A stretch of DNA of 64,000 bases. Origin: an uncultured Candidatus Saccharibacteria bacterium (GTDB lineage: Bacteria > Patescibacteriota > Saccharimonadia > CAILAD01 > JADZBC01). The stretch is from assembly GCA_964600985.1 (NCBI GenBank), contig CAZRJR010000001.1, positions 399,431 through 463,430 on the forward strand, given 5' to 3'. The position numbers and the translations under genes are program-made. The notes beneath the pieces are model-generated. The model did no database searches. It was given only the letters and a program-made list of their open reading frames with translations, and was not told where the DNA came from. Positions 18,605-28,803 of the stretch are shown one piece after another; position 1 is the stretch's first letter; each line of letters opens with the position of its first letter.

Positions 18605-20440
18605 CTAGCGCTTCTGGTTCTGGCGCTTACGCATATTGTGGTCAAGCTCGCGTTTGCGCAATCGTAAATTTTTCGGCGTTACTTCAAGGAGTTCGTCGTT
18701 TTCGATAAAATCAATACATTCCTCGAGACTAAATACAGTCGGCGGAGTAAGTTGCACCACGCCATCACTCGAGCTCGAGCGCATGTTGGTTAGATGCTTC
18801 TCCTTACACACATTGATCTCCATATCGTCAGAGCGCGTGTTGAGCCCGATGATTTGCCCGGCATAAACCTTCTCGCCCGGGCCTACAAAGCACGTGCCAC
18901 GCTGCTCCACCGTTTGCAGGGCGTAGGGCGTAGTTGTACCAGCCTCGAAGGCGATTAACACACCATTGCGCAGCTGTTGCAGAGCCGGGCCAAGTGGCCG
19001 ATAGCCAATCATTAGGCTGTTCATAATAACCGTGCCTTTGGTGTTGGTAAGCAGTATGTTGCGTAAGCCAAGCAGCACACGCGTGGGAAGCTCGTACACC
19101 AGCTTTGTAACGCCCTTAGGAGATGCAAACTGCTCTTTGAGCGTCGCCCTACGAGCGCCGAGCTCCATTTGAATTGCACCCACGTGCTCAGCCGGCACCT
19201 CAATAATTAGCTCCTCGATAGGCTCCATAGTTTGGCCGTTTTCTTCCTTAGTCACTACCTGTGGCCGACCAACTTCGAGCTCAAAGCCCTCGCGGCGCAG
19301 TGTTTCAATGAGCACACTCAGGTGCAATTCGCCACGACCCGACACCAAGAAGCCCAAGCCGCCGTCTTCGACGCGCAACCCAATGTTAGTTTCTAGCTCC
19401 TTGTGCAAGCGCTCATCAATCTGCCGACTCGTAGTAAACTCGCCTTCTAGGCCTTTGAGTGGGCTGGTATTGGGGCCAATGTAAATCTTAAGTGTTGGTG
19501 CTTCAACTTCGAGTACCGGCAGTGCCTCCGGCTGCTCTGCATCGGCAAGCGTCTCCCCAATTTGCACAGCACTAATACCTGTAAGCTGCACAATGTCGCC
19601 GGCGATTCCACCGGGTACTTCAAATTTGCTCACACCATGACTCATAAACACAGCCTCTACCCGAGCTTTTGCTACGCTACCATCCTTTTTGCACAGTGCG
19701 ATGTTGTCACCGGCCTTTACGCTTCCGCGGTTAATGCGACCAATGGCATACTTGCCTTTGTAGGTATCATGAGCCAGAGCGGTTACGAGCATTTGGAATG
19801 GCGCGTCAATCTCCACCTGCGGAGCGGGCACATCAGCAATAATCGCATCAAAAATACAATCAAGGTCGCCGGCGCCAGATGGGTCTGAGGGTGCTTCCTT
19901 CCAGGCTTTGCCGTCGCGACCAATGGCATAGTATACAGGGTAATGGAGTTGATCTTCGTGGACAGCGAGCTCGAGGAATAAGTCAGCCAATTCCTCCTCG
20001 ACTTCAGCTATCCTACTACCTGGCTTGTCGATCTTATTAATAACCACAATTGGCTTGAGTCCGCCGGCTAAGGCCTTGGTAAGTACAAACTTGGTCTGAG
20101 GCATAGGGCCCTCTTGTGCATCCACTATGAGCAAACAACCATCGGCCATATTGAGTGTGCGTTCTACTTCGCCCGAAAAGTCAGCATGCCCTGGCGTATC
20201 GATAATATTTATACGGTAATCGCCGTGCTGCACAGCCGTTACCTTTGCAGTGATGGTAATACCACGCTCACGCTCTTGATCGCCGCTGTCCATAATCAGT
20301 TCTTGGCCCATCTCGGCTTGGTTATCACGAAAGGTTTTGGACTGCTTGAGCAAGCCATCAACCAAGGTGGTCTTACCATGGTCTACGTGGGCAATGATGG
20401 CGATATTACGGATGTTTTCGGACTTTTGGGCTGCTTCCAT
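18605..20440 (-). CDS. typA: translational GTPase TypA/BipA
   Basis: Start reassigned to ATG 20440 ([31 protein letters not shown]). Full EF-G-like domain architecture. Confidence 0.9.
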   Translation of the reverse strand: MEAAQKSENIRNIAIIAHVDHGKTTLVDGLLKQSKTFRDNQAEMGQELIMDSGDQERERGITITAKVTAVQHGDYRINIIDTPGHADFSGEVERTLNMADGCLLIVDAQEGPMPQTKFVLTKALAGGLKPIVVINKIDKPGSRIAEVEEELADLFLELAVHEDQLHYPVYYAIGRDGKAWKEAPSDPSGAGDLDCIFDAIIADVPAPQVEIDAPFQMLVTALAHDTYKGKYAIGRINRGSVKAGDNIALCKKDGSVAKARVEAVFMSHGVSKFEVPGGIAGDIVQLTGISAVQIGETLADAEQPEALPVLEVEAPTLKIYIGPNTSPLKGLEGEFTTSRQIDERLHKELETNIGLRVEDGGLGFLVSGRGELHLSVLIETLRREGFELEVGRPQVVTKEENGQTMEPIEELIIEVPAEHVGAIQMELGARRATLKEQFASPKGVTKLVYELPTRVLLGLRNILLTNTKGTVIMNSLMIGYRPLGPALQQLRNGVLIAFEAGTTTPYALQTVEQRGTCFVGPGEKVYAGQIIGLNTRSDDMEINVCKEKHLTNMRSSSSDGVVQLTPPTVFSLEECIDFIENDELLEVTPKNLRLRKRELDHNMRKRQNQKR

Positions 20441-20480
20441 GGATTGTTCCTGTTCTGATGTTATAAATTTTTGGCAAAAT

Positions 20481-20540
20481 AAACGCGCTTTGGCAGTGTG
20501 CAGTAACTCGTACACCGAGAAAGCGCGTTTGTATCACTCA
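20481..20540 (-). terminator. hairpin/terminator between hisS and typA
   Basis: Perfect 11-bp inverted repeat AAACGCGCTTT / AAAGCGCGTTT (20481-20491 / 20520-20530) with a 28-nt loop. On the minus strand it is followed by AUUUUGCC. Possibly an attenuator rather than a full terminator. Confidence 0.45.
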
Positions 20541-20560
20541 CTATTATAACAGTTTTGGCT

Positions 20561-21874
20561 TTACTTTGCTAGCAACTTCGTAAGTTCTTCGTGCGTAACA
20601 TGTCGTTGCTCACCTGAGCGCATGTCCTTGAGCAACAGCGTACCTTTCGCCCGCTCTTCTTCGCCAATAATTACCGCATAAGGCACACCGAGCCGGTCAG
20701 CATAACGCATCTGCTTACTTGGTGGCGTTTGCTCCATATACACCTCCACGGCAATGCCCTGTTCGCGCAGCTTGGTAGCTGTCTGCAAACCTTGGGCTAA
20801 AGTGGCCTCACTTAGTGGCAGGATTACTCCTTGGCTCGGTGTACGAGCACCGGACTTTACCAGTCCTACATCTTTGAGCTGGCCAAACAGTCTGGTTAAG
20901 CCAATCGAAATTCCTACACCTGGTAGCTTGCTCTTTGTGTAGTAGCTCGCTAAATCATCGTAGCGCCCACCCGAACACACACTCCCCAATCCCTGAAAAT
21001 CATCGAGAACCGTCTCGTAAACTGTGCCGGTGTAGTAATCCAGTCCTCGCGCAATCCGTAAGTCAATCATGTAGTCTTCGGTGGGCACACCTAATTCTCG
21101 CACACCAGCCACAAGCCCCTTAAGCTCTGCAACTCCTTGCACAAAGTGAGTATTCTGCGTAGGTACTTGCTCCAAGCGTGCAATCACTTCATCGACCAAA
21201 CCGTCGATTGCGATAAATTCCAGGAGCTTAGTTGTTGCCTCTTTTTCCACACCGAGCTTAAGTAGCTCAGCCTCTACCTTTTCAGCCCCAATCTTATCAA
21301 TTTTATCTATTACCCGTAGTACTTCAGCCGAAATATGATGCGCACCTAAGTGCTCCAGGAAGCCCTGCAGAACTTTACGGTTGTTTATTCGAATGGTAAA
21401 TGAGCCTACACCAAGCCTTCGAAACACACTCGATATAATTGCGGGCATTTCGGCGTCATAGAGGGTGCTTTTACCGCCCACTACGTCCACATCGCACTGG
21501 TAAAACTCTCGGTAGCGCCCAGCCTGGGCACGCTCTCCGCGCCAGACCTTTTGCATTTGGTAACGGCGAAATGGAAACACTAACTCGCCTTCGTGTTGCG
21601 CAACGTAACGTGCCAAGGGCACGGTTAGGTCAAAGTGCAGTGCCATTTCCTTATCGTCACCGTCTCGAGCTATTTTATAAATTTGCTTCTCCGTCTCACC
21701 GCCGGCCTTAGCAAGTAGCACCTCGCCCAACTCAATTGCTGGAGTTTCAATTGGCGCGTAGCCATAGCTTTCGTACACACTACGGATGGTGTCGAACATA
21801 GCATTCAACTGGATTTGATCCTCGGGTAGAAGTTCTACGAAGCCACCTAAGATTCGTGGGGTAACACGCGACAT
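20561..21874 (-). CDS. hisS: histidyl-tRNA synthetase
   Basis: 437 aa. Class II motifs plus a C-terminal anticodon-binding domain. ATG verified. Confidence 0.95.
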   Translation of the reverse strand: MSRVTPRILGGFVELLPEDQIQLNAMFDTIRSVYESYGYAPIETPAIELGEVLLAKAGGETEKQIYKIARDGDDKEMALHFDLTVPLARYVAQHEGELVFPFRRYQMQKVWRGERAQAGRYREFYQCDVDVVGGKSTLYDAEMPAIISSVFRRLGVGSFTIRINNRKVLQGFLEHLGAHHISAEVLRVIDKIDKIGAEKVEAELLKLGVEKEATTKLLEFIAIDGLVDEVIARLEQVPTQNTHFVQGVAELKGLVAGVRELGVPTEDYMIDLRIARGLDYYTGTVYETVLDDFQGLGSVCSGGRYDDLASYYTKSKLPGVGISIGLTRLFGQLKDVGLVKSGARTPSQGVILPLSEATLAQGLQTATKLREQGIAVEVYMEQTPPSKQMRYADRLGVPYAVIIGEEERAKGTLLLKDMRSGEQRHVTHEELTKLLAK

Positions 21875-21937
21875 AACTTTGGTCCTTTTTGTTCCCCACT
21901 AGTATAGCGCATGAGCTTGAGTCGAACAAAGTAAATA

Positions 21938-21966
21938 TTGACTTACCTGCACTATTATACTATAAT
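21938..21966 (+). promoter_or_regulatory. consensus sigma70 promoter (TTGACT-N17-TATAAT)
   Basis: TTGACT 21938-21943, 17-nt spacer, TATAAT 21961-21966. AAGGAGG lies 7 nt before ATG 22009. Confidence 0.6.
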
Positions 21967-22008
21967 GAACATAAGCCTTAGTACGGAGGCTCTGGATAAG
22001 GAGGCCCC

Positions 22009-22377
22009 ATGGGCGCAGAAGTACTTGTTATTCTGGTAATAGCGGCCATGTGTGCTACTGTGGCTGGTTTCATGGTCTTCAAGAAGGAGCGAGGGCTCGC
22101 AATCCTGGCTGCCGTTCTGTGTGTCGCTGCTGTCATCCTTGCAATCGGATTGCAGATTACCGACGACAGTCGTGCCGCGGAGAATGCGCGTGTCACGACA
22201 GAAATCGAGACACGCTACGACAAGGTCCACGTGGTGAAGCTCTCCGCATGGGCAAAGACCGTGCGTTACACGGTCAGTGACAAGGTCAACAAGGTCTGCG
22301 ACGGCAAGCTGGTCCACTACAACGGAGACTGGCTTATCGAGGGTAACCCCACCTGTACAGTGCTGCCGAATCGCTGA
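22009..22377 (+). CDS. small membrane protein (2 TM plus ~75-aa C-terminal domain with 2 Cys), unknown function
   Basis: 122 aa with a strong RBS and promoter. The codon third-position GC is visibly higher than in neighbouring genes, especially in the 3' half. The antisense ORF 21955..22392 is Arg-rich junk. Confidence 0.6.
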   Translation: MGAEVLVILVIAAMCATVAGFMVFKKERGLAILAAVLCVAAVILAIGLQITDDSRAAENARVTTEIETRYDKVHVVKLSAWAKTVRYTVSDKVNKVCDGKLVHYNGDWLIEGNPTCTVLPNR

Positions 22378-22412
22378 CGTCACAATCCCCAAGAAACCAT
22401 CCCCCGAACGAA

Positions 22413-22449
22413 ACGGACCCCCGATTCGCTCGGGGGTCCGTCTTTTAAG
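22413..22449 (+). terminator. strong GC-rich terminator between convergent genes
   Basis: Perfect 12-bp stem ACGGACCCCCGA / TCGGGGGTCCGT with loop TTCGC, followed by CTTTTAAG. Confidence 0.7.
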
Positions 22450-22452
22450 ATA

Positions 22453-23823
22453 CTACTCTGTCCTAAGGGCTTCAATTGGATCGAGCTTGGCTGCCTTGCG
22501 TGACGGCAGCCAACCCGCCAGGATCGAAACAATCATAAGTGCGATTATAAGCTGCACTATCTCCACAGGCTTAAATACAAGCAACGAGGTCTTACCTAGT
22601 TCGAGGGATTTAGTGATCCACGGATTCAGCAAGGTGCCTAAGCCAAGTGCTACAAGTGAACCAACCAGACCTCCAATAAACCCAATCCAAGCTGCCTCAA
22701 ACCTAAACAAGCGGCCAATATCGCGCTTGCGCATACCAAGCGCCTTCATGAGTCCAATTTCGCGGGTGCGCTGCAGCACACTAATATACATGGTGTTTAC
22801 GATTCCAAACACTGAGGCAATAATGGCAATTGCCGCAAAAGCCGCCACAATCCCTTGTAAGATATTAATGATGTTTGTTAGGAATTCCTGCGCGTCCTTT
22901 ACACTCTGTACCGCAAAGCCTGATTCCTTAAGCTCATCCTGCACCGCCTTGAGTTTAGCTGGGTCTTCGCCGCCCTCTACCTTAGCAAACACATAGGTGT
23001 ACTTACGATAGTTCGGGCCACCAGCAGTCGTAATGTCATTGAGCGCCCGGGCCTGGTCAACATCGGCATATAAGTACAGCTCCGTACCGGGCTGGGCAGT
23101 AGTTGGCTTTTTGGTAACTGCTGCGATAGTAAAGGTCTTTTCTTGGCTGGTTTGCTCACTCAGCTTGGCGAGGGAGGCCGGATCGGCCGACGAACCAGAA
23201 AGCGTGCTTAAGTTGGTAGCCAGTGATTGGGGGACCGAAAGAATAACAGTCTTACCAATCGCGTCTTGAGCGTTCTTAAATCCAAGCGACTGCACATAGG
23301 CCTCTGGCAAAAGCACTGATTCTGAGCCAATCACTCCGCCAACACCAATCTTGCCGGCTGCAAGTTCGGGCTTCTGAGCTGGGCTGAAAGCAGCTAAAGA
23401 GGCTACGTAGCGCTTTTGTCCTTCACGAGTAATGTAGCGCAGGTTTACCGTTATATCCTCACGCACCGCCACTATACCATCGGTCGCCTTAATCTTCGTA
23501 ATGTCTTCGTCAGAAATTCGTTTAATCTGCGTGGTAGCACCAGAGTTCGAGAACCCCGTACCAAAGCTCGGGTCGTACTCACGCGGCTTAGCATTGCCTC
23601 CCTGGCCTCCAAAGATTGACTTGTCCTTAGCCACTATCAGCTCGGCGGGGTCGAAGTTCTCTGAAATAACTTTATTTACAAAAGCCGTAGCGCCGTTGCT
23701 AGCCGCCAAGGTTAGTGTAAGTGCAAAGGTGCCCACGCCAATCGCTGCAGCAGTCAGAAGCGTGCGAGCTTTAGCGCTCCTGAGGCTCCGTCCGGAACGC
23801 GAGATTTGATCCCACAGCATCAT
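22453..23823 (-). CDS. ABC transporter permease, FtsX/MacB family, with a large extracytoplasmic domain
   Basis: 456 aa. N-terminal TM, a periplasmic domain of about 250 aa, and a C-terminal FtsX 3-TM bundle. Overlaps the ATPase gene by 4 nt. Confidence 0.85.
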   Translation of the reverse strand: MMLWDQISRSGRSLRSAKARTLLTAAAIGVGTFALTLTLAASNGATAFVNKVISENFDPAELIVAKDKSIFGGQGGNAKPREYDPSFGTGFSNSGATTQIKRISDEDITKIKATDGIVAVREDITVNLRYITREGQKRYVASLAAFSPAQKPELAAGKIGVGGVIGSESVLLPEAYVQSLGFKNAQDAIGKTVILSVPQSLATNLSTLSGSSADPASLAKLSEQTSQEKTFTIAAVTKKPTTAQPGTELYLYADVDQARALNDITTAGGPNYRKYTYVFAKVEGGEDPAKLKAVQDELKESGFAVQSVKDAQEFLTNIINILQGIVAAFAAIAIIASVFGIVNTMYISVLQRTREIGLMKALGMRKRDIGRLFRFEAAWIGFIGGLVGSLVALGLGTLLNPWITKSLELGKTSLLVFKPVEIVQLIIALMIVSILAGWLPSRKAAKLDPIEALRTE

Positions 23824-24581
23824 GGCTTCTTACCTGCCTTAGCCTTTTGGCGTACCTTCGCTTGCGACTTCGGGGCTTGTGACTTAGAACTTTTGCCAGG
23901 TAGTCTTGCTGCCTTGGCTCGCTCAATCCTACCATCCTTCATTTGCACCTGCTGCTTGCAGCGTCCAGCAAGCTCAGGGTCGTGGGTCACTATCACGAGT
24001 GTACAGCCGAGCTTCTTGTTGAGTTCAAAGAGAAGTTTAATAATCAGTTCACCCGTGGCACTATCGAGGTTTCCAGTCGGTTCGTCGGCAAATATAAGCT
24101 TGGGCTGGTTCACAATGGCACGAGCAATTGCAAGGCGCTGCTTTTGCCCACCAGAGAGGTTATTAGCTAGTACATCTTGCTTTTCTTTGAGCCCCACAGC
24201 TTCTAATGCTGACTCTACTTTGCTTTTGCGCTCACGGCGCGGCACTTTGGCAATCTCGAGTGGCAACACCACGTTTTGGTAACACGTTTGGTTAGCCTCG
24301 ACAAAGAATGCTTGGAAGATAAAGCTCATGGTGGTGGCACGAAAAGCGTCCATGTCTTTTTGCTTCATACTGCGCAAACTCACCTCATCAACCACCACAT
24401 CGCCACTCGTAGCATGATCCAGCCCGCTCATAATGTGCATGAGCGTAGATTTACCCGAGCCACTCTTACCAATAATTGCTACGCTGGTCCCCTCAGCTAT
24501 ATCAAGATCAACACCATGCAGAGCTGTAAAGGCGCTGCTACCTTTTCCATATGTTTTAACTACATTACGAGCTTTAATCAT
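23820..24581 (-). CDS. ABC transporter ATP-binding protein (MacB/LolD-like)
   Basis: Walker A GKSGSGKST, signature LSGGQKQR, Walker B LIFADEPT. Lys-rich C-terminal tail of about 40 aa. Confidence 0.9.
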   Translation of the reverse strand: MIKARNVVKTYGKGSSAFTALHGVDLDIAEGTSVAIIGKSGSGKSTLMHIMSGLDHATSGDVVVDEVSLRSMKQKDMDAFRATTMSFIFQAFFVEANQTCYQNVVLPLEIAKVPRRERKSKVESALEAVGLKEKQDVLANNLSGGQKQRLAIARAIVNQPKLIFADEPTGNLDSATGELIIKLLFELNKKLGCTLVIVTHDPELAGRCKQQVQMKDGRIERAKAARLPGKSSKSQAPKSQAKVRQKAKAGKKP

Positions 24582-24654
24582 ATCTTATTAGTATACCAGA
24601 AATACCTGGGTAGTATGCCCTATATTGCGACGGTAATATGCTATAGTAAAACCT

Positions 24655-24924
24655 ATGTTGAGGTTCGCGCTCAAACACACCAAACGATTAATAGTTGGCG
24701 TAATTGGCGTAACGATTATTCTAATTGGTATAGCCCTACTCGCCCTACCAGGACCAGGCCTAATTGTAATTATTGTCGGGCTTGCCGTACTGGCAAGCGA
24801 ATTTGTATGGGCTAAACGCCTCCTAGAGCAAGCACGCGGTCACTACGTCAGGATGAAATCCAAAGTGGTAAACCGCAAGTCTACCAACACCCAGGCAAGC
24901 AGCAAGGATGAGTCAGCAGACTAG
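24655..24924 (+). CDS. PGPGW-family small transmembrane protein
   Basis: 89 aa with an LPGPG motif inside TM hairpins. ATG verified. Confidence 0.6.
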   Translation: MLRFALKHTKRLIVGVIGVTIILIGIALLALPGPGLIVIIVGLAVLASEFVWAKRLLEQARGHYVRMKSKVVNRKSTNTQASSKDESAD

Positions 24925-26708
24925 ATTCCGCCACCGCCTCCTCCGCCACCTCCACCGCCAGAAAAGCCACCTCCACCAAAACCACTCGAGCTTGAGCTGC
25001 TTGGCGCGGTAAAGCTATTAGCGGCAGCCGTAGTAAAGCCGTTCATACTACTCGCAAACACGGCCGCATTAAAAGCAGTGTTCCCGCTATACCAGGTAGG
25101 TGGCTGGGTGTATAGATCAGCAAATTGCTTGGCCCACTCGGCCTCAATGCCAAACAGCATCGCGTAGGGTAGGAGTTTCTCGTAGAGCTTAATCAGCTGC
25201 GTCTTATTGGCCGGATCTATACTTACCTTCTCGGCGCCAGTCGGGCTTTGCAGCATTTTAATCCGCTCGGCTTCGGCCATTTTCATATACAGTTCCATAC
25301 CCTTAAGGTAGTCTCTGGCTTCCACACCCTTAGCCGTACGAGCTGGCATAAAGCGACCAAAGACTATAACGATTACTCCGGCCACTAAAACACCCAAGCT
25401 ATAAAATCTTACAAACGGCACGAACAGCAGCATGAATGCTGGTACAGCCACCAGCGCCCCAATAAGCACATAATGACTCTGTACTTTTTGCGGATCGCGG
25501 CTAAAGTAGCCCTCAGACGCAGCCGTCGCCGAAACTTCGGCACCAACGCTCGTAGCACCGGCCGCTAACTTGTTCTTAAGGCTATCCAGCAAAACCTTAC
25601 TACCTGCTTGCTTGCTGGGGAATAAGAGGTCGAGCACACGCAACTCTTCGGCACTCAAGCTAGTTGTATCTCGTTTTATAAGCTCTAGCTCGTAGCTTGT
25701 TTTGCTACCAACAAGCTTTTTAGTGGTAATTGCATATAGTCTTAACTGGCCCGCAATACACATGCCCATAATCGCAGCCGAGATTGCCCTGGTTGGGAGC
25801 AATTCTTGTAACACCATCCCGGCCAAGAGTGGATTCATGTTGGGCTGCGGAGCATACTGGGCTATTATTACGCCTTTGCCGCGGGCATCACGACCATTCT
25901 GCAGCCACCGCCGCCACATAATAATGAAAGCGACCAGCGGCGGCAAAACAAAGATAGTAAAGCCAGCTAACACGTAAAGCAACAGGAGACTCGTTGGTAT
26001 TTTGTATGGCTTAAACGTACCCTTGTCAAAGCCAAGCACAAAGCTGAGGTTCTCCCGACCAATTAACGGTCGAGTTGAGCCAAAAGTAATGAGCGTTCCA
26101 CCATCCTGCTGCTCGCGTGTGATAGCACAATCCCCACCAGCCTCGCCATAGCTGCCTGTAAAGCACTTCTGGCCATCTTGCAGCGCTCCACTCAACTCAG
26201 CCGGCACGTGTACATTAGCCACTACACTATCAAACTGCTGCGGCCACTGGTCGCCATTTGTGTCCCAGTATAACTCGTCGTGATCAGTGTAGAACGTAAT
26301 GACATCGTTCACGCTGTAGGTAATTACATACGTCTGCTCGCCACGCAGGTAGGAATCACTACGAATACTGATTATTAGATTATCGTTCTGCACGGCGGTG
26401 GTGAATGGTCGAGCCACACCGTTTTGGTCCGTTATAGAGGATACGTTAAGGTGTAGCTTGTGCCCTTTGTAGGTGGTTGGTATGGCGCGGCGAATACCAT
26501 GGTTCTGATCGTAGTCTGGGAACTTGGCAACGAGCTTCTCGACCACCTTCATGCCGCCAACCCGTTCGTTGTCGCGTGCTAGGTAGTAATCAGCGCTAAA
26601 GCTACGGAAGCTAAAGTCTTCGACACTTGCATGGACCACCGATGCAGGTGCTAGAGCAGCTGCAAACATACTCAAACTAAGTGTAAGGAGCAGCGCAATT
26701 CTCTTCAT
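24921..26708 (-). CDS. DUF2207-like membrane protein with a poly-Gly/Ser C-terminal tail
   Basis: 595 aa. Signal peptide, large ectodomain, TM segments, and a C-terminus SSSSSSGFGGGGFSGGGGGGGGGGGI. The architecture is typical of DUF2207. Confidence 0.7.
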   Translation of the reverse strand: MKRIALLLTLSLSMFAAALAPASVVHASVEDFSFRSFSADYYLARDNERVGGMKVVEKLVAKFPDYDQNHGIRRAIPTTYKGHKLHLNVSSITDQNGVARPFTTAVQNDNLIISIRSDSYLRGEQTYVITYSVNDVITFYTDHDELYWDTNGDQWPQQFDSVVANVHVPAELSGALQDGQKCFTGSYGEAGGDCAITREQQDGGTLITFGSTRPLIGRENLSFVLGFDKGTFKPYKIPTSLLLLYVLAGFTIFVLPPLVAFIIMWRRWLQNGRDARGKGVIIAQYAPQPNMNPLLAGMVLQELLPTRAISAAIMGMCIAGQLRLYAITTKKLVGSKTSYELELIKRDTTSLSAEELRVLDLLFPSKQAGSKVLLDSLKNKLAAGATSVGAEVSATAASEGYFSRDPQKVQSHYVLIGALVAVPAFMLLFVPFVRFYSLGVLVAGVIVIVFGRFMPARTAKGVEARDYLKGMELYMKMAEAERIKMLQSPTGAEKVSIDPANKTQLIKLYEKLLPYAMLFGIEAEWAKQFADLYTQPPTWYSGNTAFNAAVFASSMNGFTTAAANSFTAPSSSSSSGFGGGGFSGGGGGGGGGGGI

Positions 26709-26782
26709 GCCTACATTCTATCACGCCGATACACGGACAACCTCACTAGCAGAGCATAACAACTTTGGGCTATACTAAGCTC

Positions 26783-27481
26783 ATGCAAAAACCCTGGACC
26801 ATTCAAGAGATTCGCAATGTTTGCCGGGCAACTGGAACCGCCGACGACGCCCGCATGTGCCAGATTACCCAGGAATTCGATAACGGCTTTTCGTTTGTCG
26901 AAAAACTCGATCGAGTAGTCAGCTTCTTTGGCTCCAAGCAAACCAGAGAGAGTGATAAGCTGTATGAATCGGCACGCACCATTGCGCACCGCTTAGTGGA
27001 TGAGTTGGATTATACCGTGGTTACTGGCGGCGGCCCAGGTATTATGGAAGCTGCCAACCGGGGAGCCAAAGAGGCTGGTGGCCGTAGCGTAGGCCTTACC
27101 ATAGAGCTCGAAGCCCATCGACAGCTTGTAAATCCTTACCTTACCGACCAGCTGGATTTTCACTACTTTTTTGCTCGCAAGGTAATGCTAGCCTTCGCCG
27201 CCAGGCTCTATATATTCTTCCCGGGTGGATTTGGAACTATGGACGAATTCTTTGAGCTCCTTACACTCGAGCAAGAGTACAAGATGCCGCGCGTACCAAT
27301 TATATGTGTGGGCTCACACTACTGGCGCCCCTTAGAGCGGACCATTATGACAACTTTTTTAGAAGATTATGGCACCATTGTGCCAGCCGATATGCAGCTA
27401 TTCCACATACTCGACAGTGCCGACGAGATCTTAGAACTCGCAGCCAACCTTCCGAAACGACATACGAGAATACCAGGCTAG
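26783..27481 (+). CDS. LOG-family (TIGR00730) Rossmann-fold protein
   Basis: GGGPGIMEA and PGGFGTMDE motifs. First ATG at 26783. TATACT lies 6 nt upstream, so the mRNA is likely leaderless. Confidence 0.8.
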   Translation: MQKPWTIQEIRNVCRATGTADDARMCQITQEFDNGFSFVEKLDRVVSFFGSKQTRESDKLYESARTIAHRLVDELDYTVVTGGGPGIMEAANRGAKEAGGRSVGLTIELEAHRQLVNPYLTDQLDFHYFFARKVMLAFAARLYIFFPGGFGTMDEFFELLTLEQEYKMPRVPIICVGSHYWRPLERTIMTTFLEDYGTIVPADMQLFHILDSADEILELAANLPKRHTRIPG

Positions 27482-27539
27482 AGGAGTACATTTAAACTAA
27501 ATCGCCTTGAGTTATAGTTGTTTGCTACAATAAGTACCT

Positions 27540-28715
27540 ATGACCTACACTCTCTCTCAGGATCAAGCTAGCGCTCTTAGCGCGATTGGCGAATGGTACC
27601 GAGGCAAAACTGCGCCCTACATTACCTTGGGCGGCTATGCAGGAACGGGCAAGACCACCCTGGTAACACTCCTGCGCCAAGCCTTGCAAGAATTCGACCC
27701 CAAGCTTAGTGTGGCGTTCTGTGCCTACACGGGCAAAGCTTCTCAGGTGCTGCGTAATAAGTTACGGGAGCAAAAAGTGCTGCGCCGCGGTGATAATACC
27801 TCTACCATTCACTCCCTCATATACAACAGCAAGACAAATAAGGACGGTCATACGAGCTGGCAACTCAAAGACGAGCTTACCTACGACCTGATTGTAGTCG
27901 ATGAAGCCAGCATGGTGGATGAAGATATTTGGCGAGACCTCCTGAGTTTCGACATCCCTATACTAGCCGTGGGTGACCATGGACAGCTGCCGCCAATCAA
28001 CTCGCAGTTCAACCTTATGAGCGAACCACAACTTAAGCTGGAGCAGATCTTTCGCCAAGAGGCCGAGAGCCCAATTATCCAAGTGGCTCAGCTAGCCCGC
28101 ACCCAGGGGTTCGTACCTGTGCAAGACTTTGGCCCGAGTGTTACGAAGCTCAATAAATCGAACTATGAAACCGGCCAAGTAGTCGAGGATATGCTGGCTA
28201 ACTGGCGTAGTGATCTGCTGGTACTTTGCGGCTACAACCACACCCGAGTCCGACTCAACGCCCATATTCGTGCCCTGCGAGATATAGAGGTAGCCGAGCC
28301 AACGGTTGGTGACGTAGTAGTATGCCTGCGCAATATGCGCACCGAGCACTTGTATAACGGCCTAGTTGGTACCATTGTAAGTATCGAGAATGCACCCGAC
28401 GACCCGAGTGGGCAGTGGTATTGGGCAGAGGTTTTTTTTGACAGCGAGAACATGCGCTACAGTGGCTATGTGCTGAAAGGACAATTTGGCGCCAAAGAAA
28501 CCATTAAACAACCGCCGCGTGCGCCTGGCGATACTACCGGTGCGCTCTTTGACTTTGGTTACGCCCTAACGGTCCACAAGGCCCAAGGTTCACAATCACC
28601 CCGAGTTCTACTGTTCGAGGAGCGCTTTAGCAAGATGAGCGATGAAGAGTGGCGTCGCTGGCTCTACACGGCAGTAACGCGTGCCGAAACGGAACTTACA
28701 ATAATTGGACTCTGA
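27540..28715 (+). CDS. SF1B DNA helicase, Dda/RecD-like (AAA_30 plus UvrD_C_2), compact 391 aa
   Basis: Walker A GYAGTGKTT, Walker B LIVVDEASMVD, motif III GDHGQLPPI, and C-terminal ALTVHKAQGSQSPRVLLF. Confidence 0.8.
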   Translation: MTYTLSQDQASALSAIGEWYRGKTAPYITLGGYAGTGKTTLVTLLRQALQEFDPKLSVAFCAYTGKASQVLRNKLREQKVLRRGDNTSTIHSLIYNSKTNKDGHTSWQLKDELTYDLIVVDEASMVDEDIWRDLLSFDIPILAVGDHGQLPPINSQFNLMSEPQLKLEQIFRQEAESPIIQVAQLARTQGFVPVQDFGPSVTKLNKSNYETGQVVEDMLANWRSDLLVLCGYNHTRVRLNAHIRALRDIEVAEPTVGDVVVCLRNMRTEHLYNGLVGTIVSIENAPDDPSGQWYWAEVFFDSENMRYSGYVLKGQFGAKETIKQPPRAPGDTTGALFDFGYALTVHKAQGSQSPRVLLFEERFSKMSDEEWRRWLYTAVTRAETELTIIGL

Positions 28716-28723
28716 GTTTGTAG

Positions 28724-28774
28724 TCTAGACTTATTGGCATGCAACAGCATAAGCCCTATAATCTTTTCTAGACT
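28724..28774 (+). promoter_or_regulatory. consensus promoter bracketed by two TCTAGACT palindromic boxes
   Basis: AGTCTAGACT (28722-28731, a perfect 10-bp palindrome), then TTGGCA 28734-28739, N17, TATAAT 28757-28762, then TCTAGACT 28767-28774 at the predicted TSS. Confidence 0.5.
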
Positions 28775-28803
28775 GATATAGCAAGATAAACAAGGAATCC
28801 GCC

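Noticed and set aside
21955-22392. 145-aa minus ORF antisense to the 22009 gene
   Set aside because: Low-complexity product antisense to a gene that has a clear promoter, RBS and terminator.
26711-26989. 92-aa minus ORF overlapping the LOG gene 5' region
   Set aside because: Antisense to a conserved LOG-family gene and promoter region. There is no RBS.
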